Shown piece after piece: positions 1-10,560 of a stretch of 64,000 nt of DNA. Source of the stretch: Vicinamibacterales bacterium. Its GTDB lineage: Bacteria > Acidobacteriota > Vicinamibacteria > Vicinamibacterales > JAMQPK01. Position numbers and translations under genes: made by a program. The notes under the pieces are model-generated. The model was not told the DNA's origin and made no database searches. It was given only the letters and a program-made list of their open reading frames with translations. The stretch covers positions 1,432,188-1,496,187 of the forward strand of contig CAWGSZ010000009.1 of assembly GCA_963825295.1 (NCBI GenBank). The letters run 5' to 3'. Each line of letters opens with the position of its first letter. Position 1 is the stretch's first letter.

Positions 1-88
1 TTCTATTCGAATCCGATCTTCATTGAAACCGCACGATAGCCTGCCCTAAACAGAAGACCAGAAGATCAGAAGTTCGGAAAATCACAAT

Positions 89-151
89 AACAAGAGACTA
101 GGAGATCAGGAGAATAAGATCTGGTTTCCCCTAGTCTCCTAATCTCTTGTT
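89..151. repeat. imperfect inverted repeat (AACAAGAGA/TAGGAGA word hairpin)
   Basis: Arms 89-105 and 135-151 are complementary over 17 nt with 1 mismatch. The region is AT-richer than its flanks. The same AGGAGAT/TAGGAGA words form a hairpin at 5724-5768. Confidence 0.5.
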
Positions 152-169
152 GTTACAGACTATTGCCCA

Positions 170-1481
170 GTGCCCAAAGACCGTCGCCCATCGACCAAAT
201 CGACTGAGAATCTGACCGTCGGCGGTCGCGACGTTCCTGTTTCGAATCCAACGAAAGTCCTCTTTCCAAAGGCCGGATACACGAAGCTGGATCTGGTGCA
301 GTACTACATCGCCGTTTCCGACGGCGCGCTGCGTGCGGCCGGGGGACGTCCGAACGTGCTCGGTCCGGTATCCCAATGGCATCGGTGGCGAATTCTTCTA
401 CCAGAAGCGTGCGCCGGAATCACGGCCCGACTGGATCGAGGTCGTGACGCTGCGCTTCCCTTCCGGGCGCAGCGCCGAGGAAGTGGTCCCCCGCGATGCC
501 GCGTCGCTCGTGTGGATGGCAAACCTGGCGTGCCTCGAACTGCACCCACACCCCGTGCGTGCCGAGGATCTGGACCATCCCGACGAACTGCGGATCGATC
601 TCGATCCCGTGCCGGGCGTCGTCTGGCAACAGTTGCAGCAGGTCTCGCAGGTCCTGCACGCGACGCTGGACGAGCTGAAGCTGGTGGGCTGGCCGAAAAC
701 ATCCGGGTCACGCGGCATTCACGTCAACGTGCGGATCGAGCGGCGCTGGACGTTCGACCAGGTAAGACGGGCGGCGCTCGCGCTCGCACGCGAGGTGGAG
801 CGGCGTGCCCCGACTCTCGCCACGAGCAAATGGTGGAAGGAAGAACGCCACGGCGTGTTCCTCGACTACAACCAGAACGCCAAAGACAGAACGGTCGCCG
901 CGGCGTACTCCGTGCGCCCGACCGAAGACGCGCGCGTGTCGGCACCAATGACGTGGAGCGAAATCGATTCGGCAGAGCCGGGCGATTTCACGCTGCGCAC
1001 GATGCCGGCGCGCTTCGCGGGTATGGGCGATATACACGCCGCGATCGACCAGCATCCCTGTTCGCTCGAGCCGCTCCTCGAGCTGTCCGCGAAGCAGGAA
1101 CGTGACGGTCTTGGCGACGCACCATGGCCGCCGCACTATCGCAAGCAACCCGGCGAGCCGTCGCGGGTGCAGCCGTCGAAGCGCCGCCAACCCTCGCGCC
1201 CGCTCGTCGAAATCGGACGGGCGCGGCACCTGGAAGACGCCATGGCCGGACTGGAGCGCTGGAAGGAACGGCATCTCGATGCGGCGACGCACCTGCAACC
1301 GGCCGATGTGCTCGTCGATCGCATGCGCGGGCGTTTCAGAACCTGGACCAGGATTCGTGTGAATCTCGAGCACGTGCCGGAAGAGCTGCGACCCGGACAG
1401 GAATCGCTCGACCCGAACGAGGAGATCAACGACTGGGGTGGGCCGCCCCAAAAACCTTCTCGAGCTGGTACGGCGTCGTAA
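170..1481 (+). pseudogene. LigD-type primase-polymerase (Prim-Pol) domain protein with C-terminal extension; frame-broken as assembled
   Basis: The N-terminus (LTVGGRDVPVSNPTKVLFPKAGYTKLDLVQYY..GGRPNVL) is in the frame of ORF 170. The rest (VRYPNGIGGEFFYQK..SGSRGIHV..FLDYNQN..TVAAAYSVRP) is in the frame of ORF 333. Skipping one G at 362-363 joins them. Confidence 0.8.
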
Positions 1482-2517
1482 CCTCCAGCTGATCGTAACG
1501 GCAGTCGGCGGGCTGTCGATCCGGCCGCCAGCGCTGAAAAACGGCCGCGTGACGGAAGCGGTCTCCCTGCATGTGGTCGTACTTCACCTCGCACACCCGT
1601 TCGATGCGCAACGGCTCCCACGACAGATCCTTCCCGGCACTCCAGCGGCTCTGCCCGCCGGGCATGCGACTCATCTCGGCACCGGCTTCGGCCCAATCGC
1701 GCCACGGATGCTGCTCGAGTGCCTGCTCGCGCAGCGGCGCCAGCTCGTCGGCCAGCTGCGCGCGCATGGCCATCGTGAACGTGGACGTGACGCCGACATG
1801 CTGAAGCCGTCCCCGGTCGTCGTAGAGACCGAGGAGCAGCGAGCCGATGAGCCGATCCTTTCCGTTCTTGTGCCACCGAAAGCCCGCCACGACGCAATCG
1901 GCCGTGCGCGCGTGCTTCACCTTGATCATCGCCCGCTTGCCGGGCTCGTAGACGCCGAGCTCCGGTTTCACCATCACGCCATCGAGCCCGGCCCCCTCGA
2001 ATCGCGACAGCCAGTCCGACGCGACCGCGCGATCGCGTGTCATCGGCGTCAGGTAGATAGGCGGTCTGGCCCCTTCGAGCAATGATTCCAGAAGCGCGCG
2101 CCGCTCCCGCAGCGGCGTCGCACGAAGGTCCCGGCCGTCGAGCGCGAGCAGGTCGAACGCGACAAACGACGCCGGCGTTGCCTTCGCCAGCTTGGCCACG
2201 CGAGACGCGGCCGGGTGCAGGCGCAGCTGCAATGTGTCGAAGTCGAGACCGCGAGCGCCCGCGATGACAATCTCCCCGTCGAAGATGCAGCCGTCTGGAA
2301 GCGCCCTAAGGAAGACCTCGTGCAGGTCCGGAAAATAGCGATCGAGAGGGCGCGAGTCGCGGCTCTGGATGAACACGTCGGCATCGCCGCGAAAGACGAT
2401 CGCGCGAAACCCGTCCCATTTGGGCTCGTACAGCAGCCCCTCACCGGCCGGCAGCTCGTTGGCGAGCTTGGCCAGCATCGGTTCAATAGGGGGCGAAATC
2501 GGAAACATACCCGGCAT
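1426..2517 (-). CDS. ATP-dependent DNA ligase, stand-alone LigC-like
   Basis: Adenylation motif LYEPKWDGFRA, then DGEIV, LDGVMVK and an OB-fold C-terminus. The ATG at 2517 (MPGMFPISPPIEPMLAKL) is chosen over the longer ORF start at 2607. Confidence 0.85.
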   Translation of the reverse strand: MPGMFPISPPIEPMLAKLANELPAGEGLLYEPKWDGFRAIVFRGDADVFIQSRDSRPLDRYFPDLHEVFLRALPDGCIFDGEIVIAGARGLDFDTLQLRLHPAASRVAKLAKATPASFVAFDLLALDGRDLRATPLRERRALLESLLEGARPPIYLTPMTRDRAVASDWLSRFEGAGLDGVMVKPELGVYEPGKRAMIKVKHARTADCVVAGFRWHKNGKDRLIGSLLLGLYDDRGRLQHVGVTSTFTMAMRAQLADELAPLREQALEQHPWRDWAEAGAEMSRMPGGQSRWSAGKDLSWEPLRIERVCEVKYDHMQGDRFRHAAVFQRWRPDRQPADCRYDQLEVTTPYQLEKVFGAAHPSR

Positions 2518-2684
2518 TATAAAATTCCGCGGCGGCATGTCGAGAACGTGAGTATCTCGTCCGTCAAACCGCACGACTCGCTCTTGAAACACGAATACGT
2601 GCCTCACCGGTACGACTTAATTCAGTCTAAGCTGTCTTTTGCATGCTCGCCCCCCCATTTATACCGCCTTTCATGGAGGTACCC

Positions 2685-3479
2685 ATGACACGTGACTCTC
2701 GCCTGAAGCCGATCGTCGTCGCCCTCACCATCTTTCTTGTCGCCGTTTCATTGATGGCCCAGGAACCCCAGGACACTCAGGACACGCTGGAGAGCGTGGA
2801 CACCCTGGATGCCGCGGTCCCGTTTACAGCCGCGGATGTTTTTCTCGAGCTCAATGACAGTGACGGTGATCTCGGTCTCCATGGATCGACGTCCTCGACA
2901 ACGCCCTGGGTCCTGATGAAAGTCATCGGACCGACCGGACTCCTCCTGGAATTCACCACACGCCCGGAACTGACCGCACAAGGCATGTCGCAAGTGGACT
3001 TCGAAAGCGCCGAGCCGCCGTTCGATGAGCTCTCGCCGAGCCGGTTCTTCCGTCGATTTCCCGAAGGGCGATATGCGATCGTGGGGCATGGAGCGAATGG
3101 TGAGCGGATCAAGAGCTACGCGAACCTCTCGCACATCATGGCTGCGGTGCCCGGAAACGTCCTGTTAAACGGCGTGCCGGCCGCACGCAGTTGCGATGAC
3201 CCTCTCCCGACGCTGGTCGCGCCGGTGACGGTCACGTGGGACCCGGTCACGCAATCGCACCCCAGGATAGGAAAACGTGGCGCGGTCAGAATCGCCCGCT
3301 ACCAGATCTTCGTCGAAGGAGGCCGCATCAAGCTCTCGACCGATCTGGAGCCGACAATTACGGCATTCGACATCCCATCAGCCGTCACCGACGGCGCGCA
3401 CGAATTCAAGTTCGAAATCATTGCGCAGACGACCACGGGGAACAACACCGCGCTCGAAACGTGCTTCCTCGTTCAATAG
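2685..3479 (+). CDS. secreted hypothetical protein
   Basis: GGAGG at 2675-2679 precedes the ATG at 2685. Signal-anchor MTRDSRLKPIVVALTIFLVAVSLMAQ. I recognise no family. Confidence 0.6.
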   Translation: MTRDSRLKPIVVALTIFLVAVSLMAQEPQDTQDTLESVDTLDAAVPFTAADVFLELNDSDGDLGLHGSTSSTTPWVLMKVIGPTGLLLEFTTRPELTAQGMSQVDFESAEPPFDELSPSRFFRRFPEGRYAIVGHGANGERIKSYANLSHIMAAVPGNVLLNGVPAARSCDDPLPTLVAPVTVTWDPVTQSHPRIGKRGAVRIARYQIFVEGGRIKLSTDLEPTITAFDIPSAVTDGAHEFKFEIIAQTTTGNNTALETCFLVQ

Positions 3480-3562
3480 GCCAGGCACCAGGGACGGCCG
3501 GCTGAGGGCAGCCCGACGACATATTTCTGGAACGTCGTCGGGCGATTCAGCGTCTAAGACAC

Positions 3563-5695
3563 TTGAGCATGCGAACTCCCGAGGAATCAGTCCTGGATCC
3601 GCACTATGCCCTGACACTCGACGAGCGCGACAGGCTTCGCCTTCTGGCCGAAGTATCGGAATCGATCGCGTCACACCCTGACTTGAACGAACTCTTTCGC
3701 GATCTCGCACAGCGGTTGCCGCGAATCGTCCCGTTCGACTACATCAACGTCGTCCTTCACGACGCGTCGCGCAATGTGATGCGTCTTCGTCTGCTCGCCG
3801 TCCCTCAGGAGACAGACTTCAAACCCGGCATGGAGTTCCCCGTCGATGAATCGCCAGGGGGCTACGTCTGGAAGACTCAGGAACCGCTCGTCGTCAACGA
3901 CATTGCCGCGGAACACCGGTTTTCGAGCCTGATTGAACGGCTGCGCCGGGAGGGGGTGCAGTCGTTTTGTGTCGTACCGTTGACGACCGCTCTCGGACGG
4001 CTTGGCGCAATGGGGTTCGGCAGTCTGAGTAAGTGCGTGTACCAGGCGCGCGACATCAGCTTCATGCAGGAGGTGGCCAAACAGATTGCGGTCGCCGTCG
4101 ACAACGTCCTGCACGAAGAAAGCGCCCGTACCGCGCAGTCGGCCCTCGCCCGCGAGCGCGATCGGCTCCGCCTGCTCCTCGAAGTGAACAACGCCGTCGT
4201 CTCCAGGCTGGACATGGATGCGGTGTTCGCATCGGTCAGCACGTCGCTGCAGCGCGTGATCCAACACGATGGATGCAGCCTGCTGCTCTTCGAGCCCGAC
4301 ACCGGCCACTACCGCTGCCACGTGCTGAAAGTGACGAAGAACGAGAGCTTCGTCGAAGAAGGCCAGGCCGACCACACCATGGTGTCGCCCGGGTGCATCG
4401 CGATCTCGACACGCGCGCCCGTGGTCTTCAACGAAACGGGCCTCAGGGGTCTGCAGGCCAAATCGAAGGTCGCCCAGTTTCTGCTCGCGGAAGGCGTGAA
4501 ATGGTTCTGCAGCATTCCCCTGCAGTCGCGCGATCGCGTGCTCGGCACCCTGAACATCGGGCGTCTCACCGAAAATCCGTTCAACCCGGACGAAGTCGAA
4601 CTGCTCACACAGGTGGCGCAGCAGGTGGCCATCGCCGTAGATAACGGGCTCGCCTATCGCGAGATCGCGGAGCTGAAGGAAAAGCTGAACGAAGAAAAGC
4701 TGTACCTCGAGGACGAAATCCGCACCGAGCACAACTTCGAAGAAATCATCGGCGACAGCGCGCCGCTGAAGCACGTGCTCGCGCAGGTGGAAATCGTCGC
4801 GCCAACCGATTCGACCGTCCTGATTCAGGGCGAGACCGGCACTGGCAAAGAGCTGATCGCCAGGGCCATTCACAACCTCAGCGGCCGCCGCTCGCGCACG
4901 TTCGTGAAGCTGAACTGCGCGGCCATCCCGACCGGTCTCCTCGAGAGCGAGCTGTTCGGACACGAAAAAGGGGCCTTCACCGGCGCGATCGCGCAGAAGC
5001 TCGGCCGCTTCGAACTGGCCAACGGCGGAACGTTGTTTCTCGACGAGGTGGGTGACATCCCGCTCGAGCTGCAGTCGAAGTTCTTGCGAGTGTTGCAGGA
5101 GCAGGAATTCGAGCGCCTCGGTGGAACGAGAACAATCCGCGTCGATATCCGCTTAGTTGCAGCCACCAACCGCGACCTGGCGGCCATGGTCACCGACAAG
5201 GAGTTCAGGAGCGACCTCTACTACCGCCTCAACGTGTTCCCCATCGTGAATCCACCTTTGCGCGGCCGCCGCGAAGACATTCCTTCGCTCGTCCAGTACT
5301 TCACCACGAAGTTCGCGAGGCGGATGAACCGGCCCATCGACGCGATTCCCACCGACACGATGAACGCGCTGTCCGAGTATCACTGGCCAGGCAACATCCG
5401 CGAGCTCGAGAACTTCATCGAGCGCGCCGTCATTCTGACGCGGGGCTCGAGTCTGGCGGCGCCGCTGGCGGAGTTGCGGCAGCCGCGAAACGGCCACGAT
5501 AGCGATGCGCGGCGCGAGCTGAGCGAGTTCACGCTCGAAGAGGCCGAGCGCCGGCACATCCGTCACGCGCTTCATGCCGCTAACTGGCTGGTCGGCGGCC
5601 CGTCGGGTGCCGCGGCGAAACTGGGCATGAAGCGCACGACGCTGCAATCGAAGATGGCGAAGCTCGGCATCGAACGCCCCGCCGCCTCCCGATAG
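3563..5695 (+). CDS. sigma54-dependent transcriptional activator with two N-terminal GAF-like domains (FhlA-like architecture)
   Basis: Walker A GETGTGKE, sigma54-contact motif ELFGHEKGAFTGA, and WPGNIRELEN. C-terminal Fis-type HTH (AAKLGMKRTTLQSKMAKLGI). About 370 aa of N-terminal sensory region. Confidence 0.9.
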   Translation: MSMRTPEESVLDPHYALTLDERDRLRLLAEVSESIASHPDLNELFRDLAQRLPRIVPFDYINVVLHDASRNVMRLRLLAVPQETDFKPGMEFPVDESPGGYVWKTQEPLVVNDIAAEHRFSSLIERLRREGVQSFCVVPLTTALGRLGAMGFGSLSKCVYQARDISFMQEVAKQIAVAVDNVLHEESARTAQSALARERDRLRLLLEVNNAVVSRLDMDAVFASVSTSLQRVIQHDGCSLLLFEPDTGHYRCHVLKVTKNESFVEEGQADHTMVSPGCIAISTRAPVVFNETGLRGLQAKSKVAQFLLAEGVKWFCSIPLQSRDRVLGTLNIGRLTENPFNPDEVELLTQVAQQVAIAVDNGLAYREIAELKEKLNEEKLYLEDEIRTEHNFEEIIGDSAPLKHVLAQVEIVAPTDSTVLIQGETGTGKELIARAIHNLSGRRSRTFVKLNCAAIPTGLLESELFGHEKGAFTGAIAQKLGRFELANGGTLFLDEVGDIPLELQSKFLRVLQEQEFERLGGTRTIRVDIRLVAATNRDLAAMVTDKEFRSDLYYRLNVFPIVNPPLRGRREDIPSLVQYFTTKFARRMNRPIDAIPTDTMNALSEYHWPGNIRELENFIERAVILTRGSSLAAPLAELRQPRNGHDSDARRELSEFTLEEAERRHIRHALHAANWLVGGPSGAAAKLGMKRTTLQSKMAKLGIERPAASR

Positions 5696-5723
5696 AAAAC
5701 CAAAGAAAATCAAACAAGAGGTT

Positions 5724-5768
5724 AGGAGATTAGGAGAAATCTTTTCAAAAGAATTCTCTTAATCTCCT
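5724..5768. terminator. AT-rich word hairpin between convergent genes
   Basis: AGGAGATTAGGAGAAATC (5724-5741) pairs with GAATTCTCTTAATCTCCT (5751-5768) at 16 of 18 positions, with a 9-nt loop. It lies between the activator stop (5695) and the TolC stop (5776). Confidence 0.5.
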
Positions 5769-5775
5769 GATCTGT

Positions 5776-7459
5776 TTAGAACCCAACGTTCGCGCCGGGG
5801 CGGAACAAACCCTGCGGAGCGGGGGCGGGCAGCGACACCACGGTCGTGCCTCGCGAGCCTGTATCCGGATCGCTGACCGCCGGCGCCTGCTGCAAGGCTT
5901 CGTAGCTGACGAGCGCCGACTGATGGTCGAGCATCGCCTGCAGCAGATTCACTTCGGTCTGCAGGAGATCGCGCTGCGCCTGCGTCACGAGAAAGCTCGT
6001 CGACAGTCCGACCTCGAAACGCCGCTGTTCGACGTCGAGCCGCTGGCGTGCCACGGATTGTCCGGCACGGGTCGCTTCGATGCGCTCGGCGGTGCTGTGC
6101 ACGTGCCTCGCCGCCTGACGCAGCGTTTCGCCAATCTGAAGCTGCAGGCTCGCGATGCGCTGGGTTGCCTGCCGCCGTTCCACCGTCGCGCGCGCCAGCC
6201 CGGCCTCCTCGTAGCTGCGGCCGAGGGAGTAGTTCACGGACAGGCCCACGCTCCACGTCGGATACGAACTGCCGAACATGTCGCCGAGCACGCTGCCATA
6301 CCCGCGATTCACCGTGCCGGTGACGGTGCCCGGGAATCCGCCGTCGCGCAGGAATCGCGTGCCGCCCAGGCCGTTGCTGCGATACGACGTTTCCAGCTTC
6401 ACGTCGGGAAGCTTCTGATCGTTGTAGTAGTCGATGTTCGTCGTCAGGTTGTCGATATCCTTCCGTGCACGGGCGAGATCGTAGCGACCGGCGAATTCGC
6501 CGGACGCGATGCCATCCACGTCTGGCAGGACGCCGCTGACGACCGGCTCGTCGCTCGGACTGAGGCGCGTCCGCCAGAACGACGTGTCGGCCGGATCCAT
6601 GATGAGCCGCCGCAGACGGTCTTCCGCATCGCCAGCCGCCGCATTCGCGCGAATCAGATTCTCGCGGCGCTGGGCGACCTCTGCCTCGGCCTGCAGCAGG
6701 TCGAGCGGAGGCGTTTGACCGATGTCGACGCGCGCCTTGTTCTGACGCACCAGCTCCTGAGCCAGCTCGAGCGAGCGCTGCTGCACCGTGACGTTCGCCA
6801 GCGTGGCCTTCAACATCCAGTACGCCTGCTTCACCGCAGCGGTCGTTTGCACGACCGATTCCCTGACGCGCAGCTCCGAGCTTTCCAGGTTGCGCCGAGT
6901 GACGACCGTCTGCTGTCGCGCGAGATCCATCTTTCGGTCCTTGAGCAGCGGCTGCGAGAACGCGAACTGGAATCCCGACTGCAGGCTGGGATCGAAGCTC
7001 GTCAGCGGACTGTCGGTCGTGGTGCGGGAGGTATCCCACGAGAAGTGCCACGTGCCGGCGCCCCACGCGAGACGCTGCCGCACACCGGTAGACGAGAACA
7101 GATCGCTGGTATCCACGCCCCGCTCGCCCAGGAGAAAGTTCGACGGCGGCGTGGAGTTGCTCGTGGCGCCGACGATCGTCGAGAACACTGGCGTATAGGC
7201 GCTCTCGCTCTCGGACACCCGGGCGGCCTCGACCTGCGTGCTGGATCGCACGCTGGCCAGATCGGGATTGTTGTCGATGGCCCGGCGCACGGCTTCGTCC
7301 AACGAGAGGGCGAGTGTACCTGGAAGGTTCGTCGGGTTCGTCGGGTTGCGTCGGTTGGTTCGTCTGGTTCGTCGGGTTCGTCGGGTTCGTGCGGTTCTGT
7401 GCCGACACCGTCACCGACGAGATTAGAACACCTAGTGCGATTACGTGTATCCCTCTCAT
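5776..7459 (-). pseudogene. TolC-family outer membrane efflux protein; frame-broken in N-terminal repeat linker as assembled
   Basis: The TolC-like body (LSLDEAVRRAIDNNPDLA.. with two repeat halves) is in the frame of ORF 7302. The signal peptide MRGIHVIALGVLISSVTVSAQ starts at 7459 in another frame and overlaps the RND stop as ATGA. The frames switch inside the 9-mer array near 7354-7357. Confidence 0.8.
7326..7401. repeat. tandem 9-mer array (GGTTCGTCG)n, about 8 imperfect units
   Basis: Direct reading gives gttcgtcgg x2, gttgcgtcg, gttg, gttcgtctg, gttcgtcgg x2, gttcgtgcg. It encodes the NPT/PDE/RRT low-complexity linker of the TolC-like gene on the minus strand. Confidence 0.8.
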
Positions 7460-10400
7460 AATGCAGACTCCGTTGCTGGCGTCGCCATCGGCGACAACAC
7501 AGCCTCTGATGCTTCAGCGCGATGCGTGCGCGCCAGGAGCATGTAAATCGACGGCACCACGAACAAGGTGAAGAACGTTCCGATGACCATGCCGGTCACG
7601 AGCATGATGCCGATGCTGTTGCGCGCGCCCGCGCCGGGCCCGGTTGCCAGCACCAGCGGGAAATGTCCGACGACGGTAGCCGCCGTCGTCATGAGAATCG
7701 GACGAAGACGGGTGCCCGCCGCTTCGATAATCGAGGCGAGCTTGTCCTTGCCCATCTCCTGCAGGTGATTCGCGAACTCAACGATCAGGATGCCGTTCTT
7801 CGACACCAGGCCGACGAGCGTGATGAGCCCCACCTGGCTGTAGATGTTCAAGCTCGTGAAGCCGAGGAACGAAAACAGGAGCGCGCCCGAAATGGCCAGC
7901 GGTACTGAGCCCGCGAGGATGATGAAGGGATCGCGGAAGCTTTCGAACTGCGCTGCCAGCACGAGATAAATCAGGATCGCCGAGAGCAGGAACGTCCCGA
8001 GGAACTTGCCGCCTTCCGTTCGCAGTTGCCGCGACTCTCCGGCGTAGTCGATCGTGAACCCTTCTGGAAGGGAGGCGCGCGCTTCGTCTTCGAGGAAGCG
8101 CAACGCCTGATCGAGCGGCACGGGCGGCGGGATGACACCCTGTATGCGCACCGCGTTGAGCTGCTGGAACTTCTTCAGCTCGCGCGGCTGTGTCGTGGTT
8201 TCGAGGGTCGCGAACGTGGAGAGCGGTACGAGCTGATCCTTGGAGCCGGTGACGTAAATCTGGGAGAGCTGTTCGGGCGCCAGCCGTTCGGCGCGCTTGA
8301 TCTGCGGAATGACCTTGTAGCTGCGCCCCTGAATGCTGAAGCGGTTCACGTAGTTGCCGCCGAGCAGCGTGGACAGGTCCTGGCCGGCCTGGCTCAGCTC
8401 GACGCCCTGCGACCGCACCTTGTCGCGATCGAACACGACCTCAGCCTGCGGCTGATCGAACTTGAGATCGGCGTCGGCGAAGATGAACATGCCGCTGGCA
8501 AACGCCTTCTGCACGAGCTTCTGCGCGATTTCGTTCAACCGCTCGGGCTCGGCCGGCGACGCGATGACGAGATCGACGGGAAAATCACCACCGCCGGGCA
8601 GGGCCGGAGGTGTGAGCGGGATGACGCGAATGCCAGGAATCTGCGACAGCGGACCCATCGATTCCATCAACAGCTGTTGCGCGGTCTTCGTTCGCTCGCT
8701 CCACGGCTTGGTCACCATCCCGCCAAACCCGCCGGTCGGGTAGGTCAGCTGAAAGATGCTCTTGCTCTCGGGGATCGACCGGTACACATCGGCCACTTGC
8801 CTGGTGAACAACGACGTCTGGTCGATCGTCGAGTTCGCCGACGCCTGGATGATGCCGAACACGACGCCCTGATCTTCGGCGGGCGCCAGCTCGCGCTGGG
8901 AGAACATGTAGAACGGCACCATCAGCAGCGCGACGATGACCCACAACGTCAGCACGACCGGGCGAAAGCGCAGCGTGCCCGTCAGCGTGCGCGTGTACGC
9001 CTGACGCACGCTGTCGAATCGCCGGTTGATCCAGCCGGCGAACCCGCGCTCGGTGTCGCCCGCACGCAGCAGCTTCGCGCCCATCATCGGCGAGAGGGTC
9101 AGTGCCACGATGCCCGATACGATGACCGCGCCCGCCAGCGTGAACGCGAACTCCCTGAAGAGCGAGCCCGTGAGGCCACCCTGAATGCCGACCGGCGCGT
9201 ACACCGCTGCCAGCGTGATCGTCATCGCGATGATCGGGCCCACGAGCTCGCGCGCGGCTTCGATGGCCGCCCGATATGCGCTCTTGCCCTCGTGCAGGTG
9301 CCTCTCGATGTTCTCCACCATCACGATCGCATCGTCGACGACGAGGCCCACGGACAGCACGATGGCCAGGAGCGTCAGCAGGTTGATCGTGAAGCCGGCC
9401 ACCAGCATCAGGAACACGGCGCCGACGAGCGAGATCGGGATCGCCACAATCGGGATGATGACGGCGCGGAACGAGCCGAGGAACAGGAAGATGACCACGA
9501 TGACAATGAGCAGCGTCTCGGAGAGTGTGCGCAGCACTTCGTCGATGGCGTCCTGGATGTACTCGGTCGAGTCGTACGGCACACCGAGCTTCATCCCCAC
9601 CGGCAGTTGAGACTGGATCTGCGGCAGCGCCTGGCGCACGCTCGCGATCACGTCGAGCGAGTTCGCGGTCGGCAAGACCCAGACCCCCAAGAATGTGGCG
9701 GTCTCGCCGTTGAACCGCACTTCTTCTTCGTAGTTCTCCGCGCCGAGGACGACGTCGGCGATTTCGCCAAGGCGCACGACCACGCCGCCCTCTTCTTTCA
9801 CGACGAGCTGGCGGAACTCCTCTGCCGATCGGAGGTCGGTGTTGGCGATGAGGTTGACCGACACCATCGAGCCCTTGGTCCGGCCGAGCGCCGACAGGTA
9901 ATTGTTGCGGGCCAGCGCTTCGCGGACGGCCGTCGGGGAAATGCCATACGCCGCCATGCGCTCGGGCTTCAGCCAGATGCGCATCGCGAAAGTGCGGTCG
10001 CCGAGAATGTCGGCGCGCTGCACGCCGCTGATGGCGCTCAGCTTCGGCTGGACGACGCGCGTCAGGTAGTCGGTAATCTGGCTCTGATCGAGCTCGGCCG
10101 ACGAGAACCCAATGTAGATGGCCGCGAACTGGTTGTCGGCCGTTTCGAGCTCGATGATGGGCGCCTCGGCTTCGGGCGGCAGGTCGTTGCGCACCTGCGC
10201 GACCTTGGCCTGAATCTGCGTGAGCGCCGCGTTGGTGTCGTAATTGAGCTTCAGGTGCACGGTAATCGTGCTCAGGGCCTGGGCGCTGGACGACTCCATG
10301 TAGTCGATGCCATCGGCGCTGGCGATGACGCGCTCGAGCGGTGTCGTGATGAACCCGCGCACGAGGTCGGCATTCGCGCCGACATACACCGTCGAGACCT

Positions 10401-10536
10401 TGACGATCGCGATATCGCTGCGCGGATACTGCCGCACGCTGAGCGAGCGAATCGACTGCAGCCCGGCGATGACGATGACGAGGCTGACGACGATCGCGAG
10501 CACGGGACGTTTGATGAATAGATCAGTGAAACTCAT
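7456..10536 (-). CDS. RND efflux transporter permease (AcrB/MdtB-like)
   Basis: 1026 aa with typical RND architecture: 12 TM segments and two large periplasmic loops. The N-terminus MSFTDLFIKRPVLAIVVSLVIV is characteristic. Confidence 0.95.
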   Translation of the reverse strand: MSFTDLFIKRPVLAIVVSLVIVIAGLQSIRSLSVRQYPRSDIAIVKVSTVYVGANADLVRGFITTPLERVIASADGIDYMESSSAQALSTITVHLKLNYDTNAALTQIQAKVAQVRNDLPPEAEAPIIELETADNQFAAIYIGFSSAELDQSQITDYLTRVVQPKLSAISGVQRADILGDRTFAMRIWLKPERMAAYGISPTAVREALARNNYLSALGRTKGSMVSVNLIANTDLRSAEEFRQLVVKEEGGVVVRLGEIADVVLGAENYEEEVRFNGETATFLGVWVLPTANSLDVIASVRQALPQIQSQLPVGMKLGVPYDSTEYIQDAIDEVLRTLSETLLIVIVVIFLFLGSFRAVIIPIVAIPISLVGAVFLMLVAGFTINLLTLLAIVLSVGLVVDDAIVMVENIERHLHEGKSAYRAAIEAARELVGPIIAMTITLAAVYAPVGIQGGLTGSLFREFAFTLAGAVIVSGIVALTLSPMMGAKLLRAGDTERGFAGWINRRFDSVRQAYTRTLTGTLRFRPVVLTLWVIVALLMVPFYMFSQRELAPAEDQGVVFGIIQASANSTIDQTSLFTRQVADVYRSIPESKSIFQLTYPTGGFGGMVTKPWSERTKTAQQLLMESMGPLSQIPGIRVIPLTPPALPGGGDFPVDLVIASPAEPERLNEIAQKLVQKAFASGMFIFADADLKFDQPQAEVVFDRDKVRSQGVELSQAGQDLSTLLGGNYVNRFSIQGRSYKVIPQIKRAERLAPEQLSQIYVTGSKDQLVPLSTFATLETTTQPRELKKFQQLNAVRIQGVIPPPVPLDQALRFLEDEARASLPEGFTIDYAGESRQLRTEGGKFLGTFLLSAILIYLVLAAQFESFRDPFIILAGSVPLAISGALLFSFLGFTSLNIYSQVGLITLVGLVSKNGILIVEFANHLQEMGKDKLASIIEAAGTRLRPILMTTAATVVGHFPLVLATGPGAGARNSIGIMLVTGMVIGTFFTLFVVPSIYMLLARTHRAEASEAVLSPMATPATESAL

Positions 10537-10560
10537 CGTCTGTTCCTTTGATTGCCGAAG

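Noticed and set aside
8026-10521. Very long ORFs antisense to real genes: 8026-10521, 5923-7461, 3671-4963, 15684-17228, 26547-28223, 29890-31854, 45966-47396, 52424-53713 and 22817-23494.
   Set aside because: The opposite strand or frame carries clearly recognisable conserved proteins. The antisense translations are Arg/Ala/Gly/Pro-rich with no motifs, which is the usual stop-codon-poor mirror-ORF artefact of GC-rich DNA.
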